Below, one piece after another: positions 6,648-15,859 of a DNA stretch of 42,629 nucleotides. Both the position numbers and the translations under genes were made by a program. Numbering within the stretch: position 1 is the first letter of the stretch; each line of letters opens with the position of its first letter. The notes under the pieces were generated by a model that made no database searches, was not told where the DNA came from, and saw only the letters and a program-made list of their open reading frames with translations. Source of the DNA: a virus (lineage: Duplodnaviria > Caudoviricetes); IMG/VR virus record IMGVR_UViG_3300033153_008261, positions 1-42,629 of that record; one strand, written 5' to 3'.

Positions 6648-9600
6648 AACCTGGGCCGCTTCTTTCTGAGTCGGACCGGGGACTGGAAAACCGGCGGCCG
6701 TTTCTTCCGTTTCGGATCGAATGACCGGTCCAATTTGTTGATAATATTCAGTGCTGGGAAGACGTCACCATCGGTGATGCCTCTCCATGGAGTGAAGGCA
6801 TCAAGACCACCCTCACTAATGGGTCCGATTATGGATGCCTGGGGAGAGCCACCCTCTATTTCTAGGGCGTAGTCGGTTCCCGGGAACGCCGGGGACTGAA
6901 CTGGCATGAACTGCTCACCGTAAATCTGCTGGAGCATCATGCTTCCGGCGAATCCGTAACCCAATCGCTTTGCCAGTGGTCCGGGACGCCCCTCCATGAG
7001 GTGCCCAACGTTTTCAATGTGCCGCTCCCATTGGTTCACCGACCAAGTCGTGAACGGGATCATGCGACCCAGGGGACCGGAGAACATCTCTGCCCGGTCT
7101 GCCATGGTGTAGTTGTAGTTGACACGCACCGCTATGATCTTCCCGAACTCGTCTTTCCCGGCCTCCAAGCCAAATTTATTCAGCTTGTCCAGCACCCGGG
7201 TTCTCTCGGATGCCCGTAGCCCCTGCATTGCCCGGGTGAGATTGCCTGCCTTGTGTGCCTCGGCGAATTCCAACCGGCCACCAATGAACGCTGCCTTGCG
7301 GTTCATGTGATCGAGCTTGGTGAACGCGAACATGCCTGGGCGGGACGGTAGGCTATTATACCAAACAAATTTACGCACCAACGCCCTCTGGGGCTGTTCC
7401 ATACCGGAGAAGTCATACCGGACGGGCAACAGCTCGGCCGCATTGCGCTTGACGGCTGCCACCTCGGCCTCCTGCGCGGCTTTCGACAGGGTCGGGGGGA
7501 TGGCTCCCTTGGCCAGCTTCCCGCGCTCGCCCAGAATTGCCATCCTTTTCCCTTGAATAGCGTGCTTTAGGGAGATCTCGGCCGGCAACATGAAGTCCGT
7601 CTGCATGTACTGCTTGCTTAACACCTTCGTGGATGTCCCGATGTAGGACTGGTACATCAGCTCGTAGGCTGCGCGGTTGATGTCGGCCGGCAGTGGGGGT
7701 GGCTCTCCACGGCGTTTGGCCAGCTCTTTTCCTATCTCAGCAAAATGGGTGGCCCACTCGGGGTTGGCTGCCATGGTCCGCTCGACCATGAACGCTACCG
7801 TATCTTTTCTGGACTCATGCCCAAGCGCCCGGTCCGCCCACTTCATCATGGACTCGCTCATGCCACGGTGCCCCATCATGGTCAGCTGCTGCGAGGCCGA
7901 GTTCATCCTCATGATGGTCTCTGTAAAGGCCGCCGCATTTATGGAATCATTCAGCACCCTTGGGGTCAGCTCGTACAATCCATCGACGTAGAACGGACGC
8001 TGTGACTCAGGGATGGTTCCCCATACCCGCTCTTTGAGTAGGCCGGCGGTGCCTTTTTTCTGCACCTTGCCTTTTCTTCCGCGCTTGAGAAACGATTTGC
8101 CCATGAACTCCGACCGCCGCTTGATCCCGACGTACCTGGCCCTAAAACCAATGGGCTGGCCGGTGGCGGCCACGATGTCATGGCCCCAGGTGTGGACCTT
8201 CCGGAGCTTGAACAACAGATTTTTGATCGATTCCGACGGGTCCTCGCCTCTGAATTTAGACAGCTGGTTCACCGGGGTGTTGATCGCGTTGGGGTTCCAA
8301 GTGACCTTTCCTGTCACCGGGTCCTCGTCAACGTAATGGAACAGCTCCCAGGCTTTCTGGCTGGACAGTGCCTTGCCATCGTATATTTGTGTCTTCAGTG
8401 CCTTGATGATGCCCGGCCATGGCAGCTTGCTTGACTCCACCTGGAGGTGGGCTTTCACATTCCCCCGGGAGCTGAACTCGGCGGCCAACTGACCAACGGG
8501 GATGCCGGTCGCCCTCTCCACGCGATCCCAACGTCCGGTCTGAGTGATCCATTCGTGCCACCACTTCGGCCGGAACTTCATGGTTTCAGACATCCCGAAG
8601 TCCTTGAGATTCTTGAGAAACTTAACCTGAACCAGTTCACTCGGGTCCTTGGCGTGCTTCAACCGACTGAGCTTGGCAGCGTCATCGTAAAGCGGGTGCA
8701 TCCGGTTGGCGATGTCCTTGGTCACGGACTCCATCAACTTGTCCCCGGCCTTCTCCATGAGGGTGTTGGCCTTCTTGATCCGAGCCTCAAGTACCGCGTT
8801 CTTGCCAACCTCTTTGGTGGATTTCGGCACGGTTTTGATCTTCGGCACGAACAGGCGGCGGGCGACCATTCCGGATTCGACCACGCCAACACCGGCCTCC
8901 TGCAAAATCTGGGCTGGTGACTTGGCCGGCTGGGCTGCGATGGCCTGGTGGATGCCCTCAATACCACCGAACTTTTCCCGCAACAAAATCTTGGTCTCGT
9001 ACCTGGCGTTAAGGTCTAGTAATCTTTCAGGTAATACAGCCTTGTATTGTTCGCGCCGGCCCTCCGACAGCTGGGCGATCATCTTGTCCCGGGAGGCTTC
9101 CAACCGGCCCACTCCGAGCAGCAACTTGTCTTGCTCTTTATTGATGCTGATGGACCTGGCCTTGACCTCGGCCTGTAAAATCTCACGCTTGGCGTCAACC
9201 TGTGCGTTGCTCATCGCGGTCTGGACCTTGTGGGTCTTGATCGACGTGTCGGTGACAAAATACGGCTCGGTCCTTGGCATACGGACGAATGGTACCTGGC
9301 CGGACTGGCTCTCAACGAGCTGTCTTTCTTTCGTGTTCAGCTCCCGGACCATCCTGGCGTCCTTTTCGGACACGACGTTGGCAAACCGCTCGATCCATGC
9401 CTTCGGGGCGACCGCTTTCATGGTTTGGTAGGCTGCCCGGACCGCGTGCTTTCCACCCACCGACAGGGCCGTGCCGAACAGGGGGAACGCTACGGCTCCA
9501 GTGATTGCCGCGTCCATATTCCCGGCCGTTCGGAGGTATTCCCAGGTAAAGCCCTCGCTGGCGAGAAGCGGCGCACGCTTGACCATCATCCCGGCCGACT

Positions 9601-10258
9601 GTCCAAGGATCTGCCTAGCCATAGTGGGGTTCTTGGCCACCTGGCGCCCGATATATTTAGTGGATTTCTTCTGGAACTCCCTGATCAGGTCACGTTTGGC
9701 GGCTCGCTTCATCGCGTATTTCACGAGTCCGCCACCGACAGTTCTGAGTCCTGACGCGAACACTGCCCCGGGGACAATATAGCCAAGCGCGGTACCGAAT
9801 ACCCTTGCCGTGGCGTTCATCGCATCGAGTCGCTCGAAATCAATATGACGGCTGTTCTTCACGTCTTCTGAGAGCTTCATCCACTCGGGGTTTCCGGTGG
9901 CAATCGTCATGGTCCCGCCCATCAGCTCCGTAGTGGGGCCGACCAGGCCGTTGACGAACTCCTTTGCCGGGTTGGTTTGGGAGTTCAGATCGGTGTCTTC
10001 CATGTCTCGCAGGCGGGCGCGGCCTTCCACCTGAGCCATGGCATTGGCTAGTTCTTCCGGGCTGCCGGGTTCGAACGTCTTGGCGGGGCCGATTCTGGGT
10101 GAGTCAGGGAACCGATCTATGGCCTGGCCTTCGGCGCCCTCCACCTCGAACTCGTCGCCGATCGCGTCGAAGTCGAGGATCTCCTCCTCTTGGGACTCCG
10201 CGCCATCTATCTCGAACTCGTCGCTATCGAGAAACTGTTCGACGTCCAATTCAGCCAC
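6644..10258 (-). CDS. Large internal virion/DNA ejection protein (positional equivalent of P22 gp16/T7 gp16)
   Basis: 1204 aa, helical, last of three genes after the GNAT; acidic N-terminus and Gly/Ala hydrophobic segments. Confidence 0.7.
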   Translation of the reverse strand: MAELDVEQFLDSDEFEIDGAESQEEEILDFDAIGDEFEVEGAEGQAIDRFPDSPRIGPAKTFEPGSPEELANAMAQVEGRARLRDMEDTDLNSQTNPAKEFVNGLVGPTTELMGGTMTIATGNPEWMKLSEDVKNSRHIDFERLDAMNATARVFGTALGYIVPGAVFASGLRTVGGGLVKYAMKRAAKRDLIREFQKKSTKYIGRQVAKNPTMARQILGQSAGMMVKRAPLLASEGFTWEYLRTAGNMDAAITGAVAFPLFGTALSVGGKHAVRAAYQTMKAVAPKAWIERFANVVSEKDARMVRELNTKERQLVESQSGQVPFVRMPRTEPYFVTDTSIKTHKVQTAMSNAQVDAKREILQAEVKARSISINKEQDKLLLGVGRLEASRDKMIAQLSEGRREQYKAVLPERLLDLNARYETKILLREKFGGIEGIHQAIAAQPAKSPAQILQEAGVGVVESGMVARRLFVPKIKTVPKSTKEVGKNAVLEARIKKANTLMEKAGDKLMESVTKDIANRMHPLYDDAAKLSRLKHAKDPSELVQVKFLKNLKDFGMSETMKFRPKWWHEWITQTGRWDRVERATGIPVGQLAAEFSSRGNVKAHLQVESSKLPWPGIIKALKTQIYDGKALSSQKAWELFHYVDEDPVTGKVTWNPNAINTPVNQLSKFRGEDPSESIKNLLFKLRKVHTWGHDIVAATGQPIGFRARYVGIKRRSEFMGKSFLKRGRKGKVQKKGTAGLLKERVWGTIPESQRPFYVDGLYELTPRVLNDSINAAAFTETIMRMNSASQQLTMMGHRGMSESMMKWADRALGHESRKDTVAFMVERTMAANPEWATHFAEIGKELAKRRGEPPPLPADINRAAYELMYQSYIGTSTKVLSKQYMQTDFMLPAEISLKHAIQGKRMAILGERGKLAKGAIPPTLSKAAQEAEVAAVKRNAAELLPVRYDFSGMEQPQRALVRKFVWYNSLPSRPGMFAFTKLDHMNRKAAFIGGRLEFAEAHKAGNLTRAMQGLRASERTRVLDKLNKFGLEAGKDEFGKIIAVRVNYNYTMADRAEMFSGPLGRMIPFTTWSVNQWERHIENVGHLMEGRPGPLAKRLGYGFAGSMMLQQIYGEQFMPVQSPAFPGTDYALEIEGGSPQASIIGPISEGGLDAFTPWRGITDGDVFPALNIINKLDRSFDPKRKKRPPVFQSPVRLRKKRPRF

Positions 10259-10265
10259 GCGGACC

Positions 10266-11552
10266 TCACTTTTTACTCTTGAATTTCAGCCTCAAGTTGA
10301 CCGAGAAAGCCTTTGATTTCAAGATGTTCTTCTGCGCATCGGTCAGCTGTTTGCCGGCCTTCTCCAGTCCGCGCAGGTACAAATACGTTCCGATTTCCTC
10401 GGCCAACTTGTTCTGGTCTCCAATCGGAAGGCGACCAAATTTGGGCCGTACTTTTTTCAGCTGGGAGATTATGCCCGGCCGTCGCTGGCTGACGAATGCC
10501 CGGATCTCGTCTTCCGATAGCGAACCGGCGACACCAAACGATACCTTCTCCAATATTTTCCTGCCAATGCCAAGCTCAGGGATATCAACAAACTTCTCGA
10601 TCTCGGCCGGAGCGACTGTGAACTTGGCCTTGACTACCTTGCCTGGTTTGTCGCCCTGCAATCTGGCCCTGATCCTGGCCATATTCTCATCGTGAACCCG
10701 TTTTACAGCCGCCGCCTCTTTGGTTGCCTTACGTCTTTCCTCATCTCTCGCAGCCTGCGTGGCTTTCTTGGTAATTGCTGATTGTTTATTAAATTGACGA
10801 TCCAAGTCCTTTGCCTTGGCTTTTTCGCGCTGCCGGTCCTTCTGTTTGAAGACCTGCCCGCCGAACATCTGCGCAAGCCTGTCGGCCTGTGCCCTTCCGG
10901 AAATCACGGTCTTGGCCAGGTCGCGGGTGGCTTTCGTGGCTCGGAATGCCATAGGGGAGAACCTGCCCGGGAACTGCTTCTGGATTTCTGTGAGCTGTTG
11001 GTCCGTGGGATCGGCCGGCGGCTCGGCCGGCGTGATAACGCGACGTTCCGGAACGCCCGGGGCTACGCGCTGCCTACTCATCGCCTCGGGGGTTGCAAGC
11101 GTTGGCTGCGGGGGCGGAATGGTGACAGATTGCGGACCTCTCTGTGCCTGCGGAGGTACCGGCGTCTGTCCTGTCTTAGCCGAGTTCACCATCTCCCTTA
11201 CTTGATTAAGTTGCTGCGGTGTCTTCACACCCTCAAGAACTTTTTTCCCTTCAGAGTTTGCGAATGAATTGAAAAATTTCTGATAGTTTTCATGAAGACC
11301 TTTGCCACCACCGTCGGGATTGCCAGCGTCAAACGCAAAGCCAATCTTCATGGCTGTCATGGGGTCGATGATGTCCGCCTCGGCCAGCCGCTGTGCCTGG
11401 AGAGCCTGGAGCTGCTGGTTCATTAGGGCGGACCGTGTGGATAAGGCCGTCTTCAGGGCGCTCGAAAACCCCTGGGCAAACGACGGATTCTTGCCAGGTA
11501 ATGCCCTGAATCTTGAAGCCAATCTGGAAAATCCCGGAGTTCTATAGCCCAT
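10266..11552 (-). CDS. Internal virion/ejection protein 2
   Basis: Gln/Ala-rich coiled-coil protein with FAQGFSSAL N-terminal patch; position matches P22 gp20-like genes. Confidence 0.65.
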   Translation of the reverse strand: MGYRTPGFSRLASRFRALPGKNPSFAQGFSSALKTALSTRSALMNQQLQALQAQRLAEADIIDPMTAMKIGFAFDAGNPDGGGKGLHENYQKFFNSFANSEGKKVLEGVKTPQQLNQVREMVNSAKTGQTPVPPQAQRGPQSVTIPPPQPTLATPEAMSRQRVAPGVPERRVITPAEPPADPTDQQLTEIQKQFPGRFSPMAFRATKATRDLAKTVISGRAQADRLAQMFGGQVFKQKDRQREKAKAKDLDRQFNKQSAITKKATQAARDEERRKATKEAAAVKRVHDENMARIRARLQGDKPGKVVKAKFTVAPAEIEKFVDIPELGIGRKILEKVSFGVAGSLSEDEIRAFVSQRRPGIISQLKKVRPKFGRLPIGDQNKLAEEIGTYLYLRGLEKAGKQLTDAQKNILKSKAFSVNLRLKFKSKK

Positions 11553-11571
11553 TCGAGCCTCCTAAACCAAC

Positions 11572-12348
11572 CTACTTGCCACCAAACGCGCCACCAAGAA
11601 TCGAGGTACTCAGCCCAAACGGTCCGGTCAGAGGAGCCGTCAGCAATCCAAGTCCTGATCCCAAGACCCCACCAACTCCGCTGGCTTTACCGGCTGATGC
11701 CGTGGCCTCGGCCTGGGCAAGAGCTGCCTCATACTGGAGGTTTGCGTTCTCAGATGCAAATGCCAGCTGCTCCGGACCCATGTGGATGGACGACTGGAGC
11801 TGTGCAATACCGGTTTCGAGTCCCGCCAACGCTCCGGCCTCGCCGATTCGTCCGCGCTCCAATGACTGTCGGACCCCTGTTCTGGCCGCACCAACGGTTC
11901 CAAGCTCTAGGGATGACCCACCAAGTCCAAGAGATGCCAGGCGGTTGCGTAGTGCCGTACCGGCCTCGGTCTGTGCCTCGCCAACCCTGGCCTCGAAGGC
12001 TTCGGGGTCCAGCGTGTTGTCAAACAACGGGCCTAGCCGATTGCGTAACTCTTCAAGCTGATCGATCTGCTGTTGGGCAAATTTCTGCGCGTCAGTGTAT
12101 ATGGGTTTGTCACCCAGCGTACCGCCGGCTCCAGAGATGCCACCGACCGGCGTGGTAGACGTGGCCTGCCCAGCATTGGTGCCTGGGACAACGGCAAATC
12201 CACCCTGCTGATTCGGGATTGCTACGACGCCTGCTTCTGGGGTTGGGTCAAAGCCTGGAAGAGAACCGGCCTGCTGTTCGGGGGTGCCGGGAGTAATAGG
12301 CCCAGCTTCATTGCCGAAAATTCCTGGTCCGGGAACAAAAGGTGCCAT
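11572..12348 (-). CDS. Internal virion/pilot protein 1
   Basis: Gly-rich hydrophobic C-terminus (GVGGVLGSGLGLL...GGAFGGK) and LASLGLGGSS motif; position matches P22 gp7-like genes. Confidence 0.7.
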   Translation of the reverse strand: MAPFVPGPGIFGNEAGPITPGTPEQQAGSLPGFDPTPEAGVVAIPNQQGGFAVVPGTNAGQATSTTPVGGISGAGGTLGDKPIYTDAQKFAQQQIDQLEELRNRLGPLFDNTLDPEAFEARVGEAQTEAGTALRNRLASLGLGGSSLELGTVGAARTGVRQSLERGRIGEAGALAGLETGIAQLQSSIHMGPEQLAFASENANLQYEAALAQAEATASAGKASGVGGVLGSGLGLLTAPLTGPFGLSTSILGGAFGGK

Positions 12349-12857
12349 TATGTTTCTCCTCCAATCCTATCATACAACTTTTTAACTTTAACGCTACCGC
12401 CAGTTTTAGACAAGAACGCGGTAATTGATTCCACAGTATTGGCCTCCCACCACGTAATATCCAGCTTTTTCAACGCTGAAAAGTACTCGGCTGCCAGCTG
12501 TTTCATCAGGCCCTTGCCTCGCTCCTCGGGATTGATCCAGAAATAGGCAATCATGCAGAATTTCTGAGGCTTCCCGAGCGTCCTCCACATCAGCCGGCCA
12601 ACGATCTGGCCAATCGGCTTCCGGCCGCGCTTCACGATCAGGCCGAAGAAGTCCGGGCGGGACATATAGTTGAAGTAGTGGTGACGAATATTGTCAATCG
12701 TCTCGTCCTGGTACTCCGGGAACGCCTTGGGGTTCTCGTGGATTGCCCGCTCCAACAGACGCAGGCTGTCAGCGATGAACGTCCCATCCATCCAGATCAT
12801 GCGCGGCTTAACCGAGCGTTTTTTCTTCTTCTTCTTCTCTTTGGTTTCTTTGCTCAC
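12348..12857 (-). CDS. GNAT-family acetyltransferase
   Basis: YFWINPEERGKGLMKQL acetyl-CoA-binding motif; GNATs commonly precede ejection genes in podoviruses. Confidence 0.85.
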   Translation of the reverse strand: MSKETKEKKKKKKRSVKPRMIWMDGTFIADSLRLLERAIHENPKAFPEYQDETIDNIRHHYFNYMSRPDFFGLIVKRGRKPIGQIVGRLMWRTLGKPQKFCMIAYFWINPEERGKGLMKQLAAEYFSALKKLDITWWEANTVESITAFLSKTGGSVKVKKLYDRIGGET

Positions 12858-13363
12858 GGTATATCCTTTTTGATTTCCCTGTAATATCCCATCACCTTGT
12901 CCACGTAACGCCTTAATTTCGGGTCAAGCATTCCGTTGCTCTGGTAACGCGCAGAGCCACCGTTGTAGGCAGCCACGGCATCCACCATGTTGTCGTCGTA
13001 CCGGATGAACTGCTTGCGGAGGAACTTGCACCCCCAGTGCAACCCGGTCTCGGGATAGATGAGGAGCGGGATCTCTCCTTCAAACCCCTCATCCCTGGCC
13101 GTCGAACCAAGGATATGCATCGGCCCCCATGATGTCTTTTGGTGAGTGATTTCAGTCACATGACTGATGCCAAGCGAGTGTGCCCAGTCGCCAGGAGTTA
13201 CGAGATCCTTGACGTGTGGCTCGTACCGCGTGAGCCGCCGGCCGCCGCTGCTCTCGACCTGGACCATAGCCAGCACCAGATGCGGATCAACCCTGTGCTC
13301 CTTGGCAATTCCCATGATGATCTGTGGTCCGATGACGAACCCGAGTAGCCATTCAGGTACCAT
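12854..13363 (-). CDS. Lytic transglycosylase (SLT family), probable endolysin
   Basis: AMVQVESSG (catalytic Glu), SWGPMHI, AVAAYNGG, YVDKV. Start moved to ATG 13363 behind a GGAGG RBS. Confidence 0.88.
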   Translation of the reverse strand: MVPEWLLGFVIGPQIIMGIAKEHRVDPHLVLAMVQVESSGGRRLTRYEPHVKDLVTPGDWAHSLGISHVTEITHQKTSWGPMHILGSTARDEGFEGEIPLLIYPETGLHWGCKFLRKQFIRYDDNMVDAVAAYNGGSARYQSNGMLDPKLRRYVDKVMGYYREIKKDIP

Positions 13364-13634
13364 CTGGCATTCCTCCGTTTTCGACGTCGTCTCGGTTGGA
13401 GCCGGACCGGCGCCGCTCGTAGATCTGTTTTCCGATCTCCATTTCTTCGGAGTACATCGCTTGGCGAATCCTGAAAAGAGCGAGCAAAGCCAGGCAACGC
13501 AACGTGTTAACCACGACACCAAACCACCCCACTTTCGTATCCATGATGATCTTCGACAGCCCGGTCAGCTCCTCACGGGTGGCGAAGATGTTCCGCTCGT
13601 AGGTCTCGTACGTGAACTGGGGTTTAGAACCCAT
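13353..13634 (-). CDS. Hypothetical protein with hydrophobic segment (lysis-cassette candidate)
   Basis: Overlaps both neighbours by 11 nt; WFGVVVNTLRCLALLALF segment. Confidence 0.6.
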   Translation of the reverse strand: MGSKPQFTYETYERNIFATREELTGLSKIIMDTKVGWFGVVVNTLRCLALLALFRIRQAMYSEEMEIGKQIYERRRSGSNRDDVENGGMPDGT

Positions 13635-14241
13635 AGTAGTTGTACCTCATGACCTCGGACTCGGAATAGGCGATGGCATTGGGCGAGGCTTTTACCATCG
13701 TTTTCTCTTTGTATTCCTTGCACTTGGGGTCGCACACCACGGAGTATTTGGCGTGGGCGCCGAGGATCAGGTGGCCGTCTAGGTGGTGGATATTTTCTCG
13801 TTTCTTATATTTCCCGTCCAGCACGGTGACGCTGACCTTCCAGGTCGCGGACAGCTTGTTCGGCCGGTCTGCCGGGAAGATCTCTCCGATGCACACGAAC
13901 ATGCGCTCTGCGCTGAATTTCTCTGGCCTGATCTCCCATGAGAATGTCTGGTCCATGGGCACGCTCCAAGACTCGTTGGAATCAATCGCGGAAGAACACA
14001 CCATGTCCAGCTTGTACGAATACTGAAGCGCCGGCTGCTTGAATTTGATCGCCTGGTCGGACCGCACCCGCGTGGCACACACCCCAACCTCGCCGTTCAT
14101 GTCCTTGCACACCTTACCGAAGATGTGGACTATGGCTTCCATTGAGTTGGCCTGGGCCGAGTTGAGGAATCCGATGTCAGCCTGGTATTTCAGCGTGGCA
14201 CAGCTGGCCAGCATAACGGCCATGATTACGATTGCTTTCAC
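13624..14241 (-). CDS. Putative lipoprotein
   Basis: MKAIVIMAVMLASC lipobox; several Cys; AGGAGG RBS. Confidence 0.75.
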   Translation of the reverse strand: MKAIVIMAVMLASCATLKYQADIGFLNSAQANSMEAIVHIFGKVCKDMNGEVGVCATRVRSDQAIKFKQPALQYSYKLDMVCSSAIDSNESWSVPMDQTFSWEIRPEKFSAERMFVCIGEIFPADRPNKLSATWKVSVTVLDGKYKKRENIHHLDGHLILGAHAKYSVVCDPKCKEYKEKTMVKASPNAIAYSESEVMRYNYYGF

Positions 14242-14311
14242 TGGTCCTCCTAAAACAAAGGGGCCACCACCTACGCAGCAACCCCTTTGATTTCAAAGTT
14301 TTACATACGGG

Positions 14312-14605
14312 CTACTCGGCGACGGGCTGCCCCTTCACCCACAGAAACGGGATCTTTTTCATGCCCAGGTAACACGCATCCGAGAACGCCTCGGGATCGG
14401 TTTTGGGTTCGTCTTTGATCTTCTCGACGCCCTGGAAGGCGGGAACGAGATCGGAAAGGGCGGACGACATGATCGGGGGCAGATCTTCGCCGGCCTGCCA
14501 GCCGTCATCCAGTGCCTTTTTCATGGCCGTGACAAATTTTGTCACTCCCTCACCAAGTTCGTAGGACTCTTTGGCCACCTGCGTTGTCACTGTCACATAT
14601 TCCAT
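14312..14605 (-). CDS. Hypothetical protein
   Basis: GGAGGAG RBS; in-operon ORF. Confidence 0.75.
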   Translation of the reverse strand: MEYVTVTTQVAKESYELGEGVTKFVTAMKKALDDGWQAGEDLPPIMSSALSDLVPAFQGVEKIKDEPKTDPEAFSDACYLGMKKIPFLWVKGQPVAE

Positions 14606-14619
14606 GGTACTCCTCCGGG

Positions 14620-14973
14620 CTACCCGCCCTGTTGTTTTAGTTTAATCTCGTATACATCTCTGTAAATGTCCACCACGGATTTCTGGACGTCCCGGTTGGT
14701 CTTATCAACCTGCTGCATCGTGGTTTTGAGATCCTTCATGGTGTCATTCACGTTGAGCATAGTGGCCTGCATGACCTGCATGGTCGCGGCGATGGAGGTC
14801 TGGTTGTTCTTGAGGACCACGATGTCCTCTTTATTCTTGGTGATTGTGGTCTTGGCGTAGGCGCCGGCGCCGATAACCATGGCGATTGAGACCGCGCTCA
14901 TCAGGACACCCCACTTCTTATCGACCCCCAATTTCAATGCGGCGCCAAGGGCGGTGGCAAGGAATGTCCACAT
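14620..14973 (-). CDS. Membrane protein with coiled-coil C-terminus (holin or i-spanin candidate)
   Basis: Two N-terminal hydrophobic segments followed by a heptad-rich tail; upstream of the lysin. Confidence 0.55.
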   Translation of the reverse strand: MWTFLATALGAALKLGVDKKWGVLMSAVSIAMVIGAGAYAKTTITKNKEDIVVLKNNQTSIAATMQVMQATMLNVNDTMKDLKTTMQQVDKTNRDVQKSVVDIYRDVYEIKLKQQGG

Positions 14974-14985
14974 AGCTACCTCCTG

Positions 14986-15306
14986 TTACACGTCATCCGA
15001 CTGTGTGAAATCGACCCCATCAAGAGTCATCGTCTTGATCTTCGCATATACTGCCTTCTGCATGGCGTCACATGGGGAGGTCGAACCATTGGGGATTCCT
15101 TTTTCAATACAGGAATCACCGTCCAGCTTCATCTCAATGGCGATCTCCTTCATTTTTTCTTTCCCGGCGGCGGCGTCTTCCGCGCTCTTGTACAGCGCCA
15201 GCCTGGCGATGAACCATCCAGTGACCATGTTGATGCCGGCCCTCGTGAGCTTCCAGTAGTTACCCTCGAATCCCTTGCGGTCCACATTCGTCAATCGAAG
15301 CGCCAT
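14986..15306 (-). CDS. Hypothetical protein (fibre-associated small protein)
   Basis: AAGGAG RBS; YWKL...ARLALYKS..AAAGK pattern resembles small proteins that follow phage fibres. Confidence 0.7.
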   Translation of the reverse strand: MALRLTNVDRKGFEGNYWKLTRAGINMVTGWFIARLALYKSAEDAAAGKEKMKEIAIEMKLDGDSCIEKGIPNGSTSPCDAMQKAVYAKIKTMTLDGVDFTQSDDV

Positions 15307-15316
15307 GTCAATCTCC

Positions 15317-15850
15317 TTAGTTGAATTTCCAACTCAGCTGGCCCTGAAACACGTCCATACCACGGTTCGGAGCCGGTCCACCAATCAACGGAAAGCCGTG
15401 AGCGTTGCTGATGTGACAATATCTGCCACCCAGGCACAGCTTCTCACCACAGAATCCCATCCCTATCTCGATCAGGTACTGGACGTGACCGGACAGAACC
15501 ACGCTGTCAGGAGCGGTGAGGAAGGCGGGGCCGAGACCAGCATTGATGTACATGCCGATGACGGTGTCTACCTGGGCGCCGGCAATGGCACCGATGTAGA
15601 AGCTGTTCTTCCGGCCGGGTCCGTACGCCAGGTAGCCGCCAAGCTCCGGCTTCACGTAGAAATTCTCTGTGATATTCAGCTTGTACGCGCCGGACAACAT
15701 GCGCTCAAACGGGTCCGAAGACAGCCCGAGCTGGTTCCGGATGACGTTCTTCCCAAGACCCATGTGGATATTGACCTCATGCTTTGGGGAGATCGTAGCG
15801 CATCCGGAGGTGGCCAGAGCCATCAGGACAGTGAGAATAATTAAGCGCAT
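15317..15850 (-). CDS. pagL: Outer-membrane beta-barrel, PagL/lipid A 3-O-deacylase-like
   Basis: Signal/lipobox-like N-terminus (ATSGC), alternating beta-strands, RYCHISNA..NRGMD matching the PagL H-x-S-N-A..N-x-G motif, C-terminal strand ending WKFN. Confidence 0.7.
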   Translation of the reverse strand: MRLIILTVLMALATSGCATISPKHEVNIHMGLGKNVIRNQLGLSSDPFERMLSGAYKLNITENFYVKPELGGYLAYGPGRKNSFYIGAIAGAQVDTVIGMYINAGLGPAFLTAPDSVVLSGHVQYLIEIGMGFCGEKLCLGGRYCHISNAHGFPLIGGPAPNRGMDVFQGQLSWKFN

Positions 15851-15859
15851 AGTTCCTCC

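Noticed and set aside
13364-13522. N-terminal extension of the SLT ORF as a signal-anchor
   Set aside because: It overlaps the better-supported 13353..13634 gene, and a strong RBS precedes ATG 13363.
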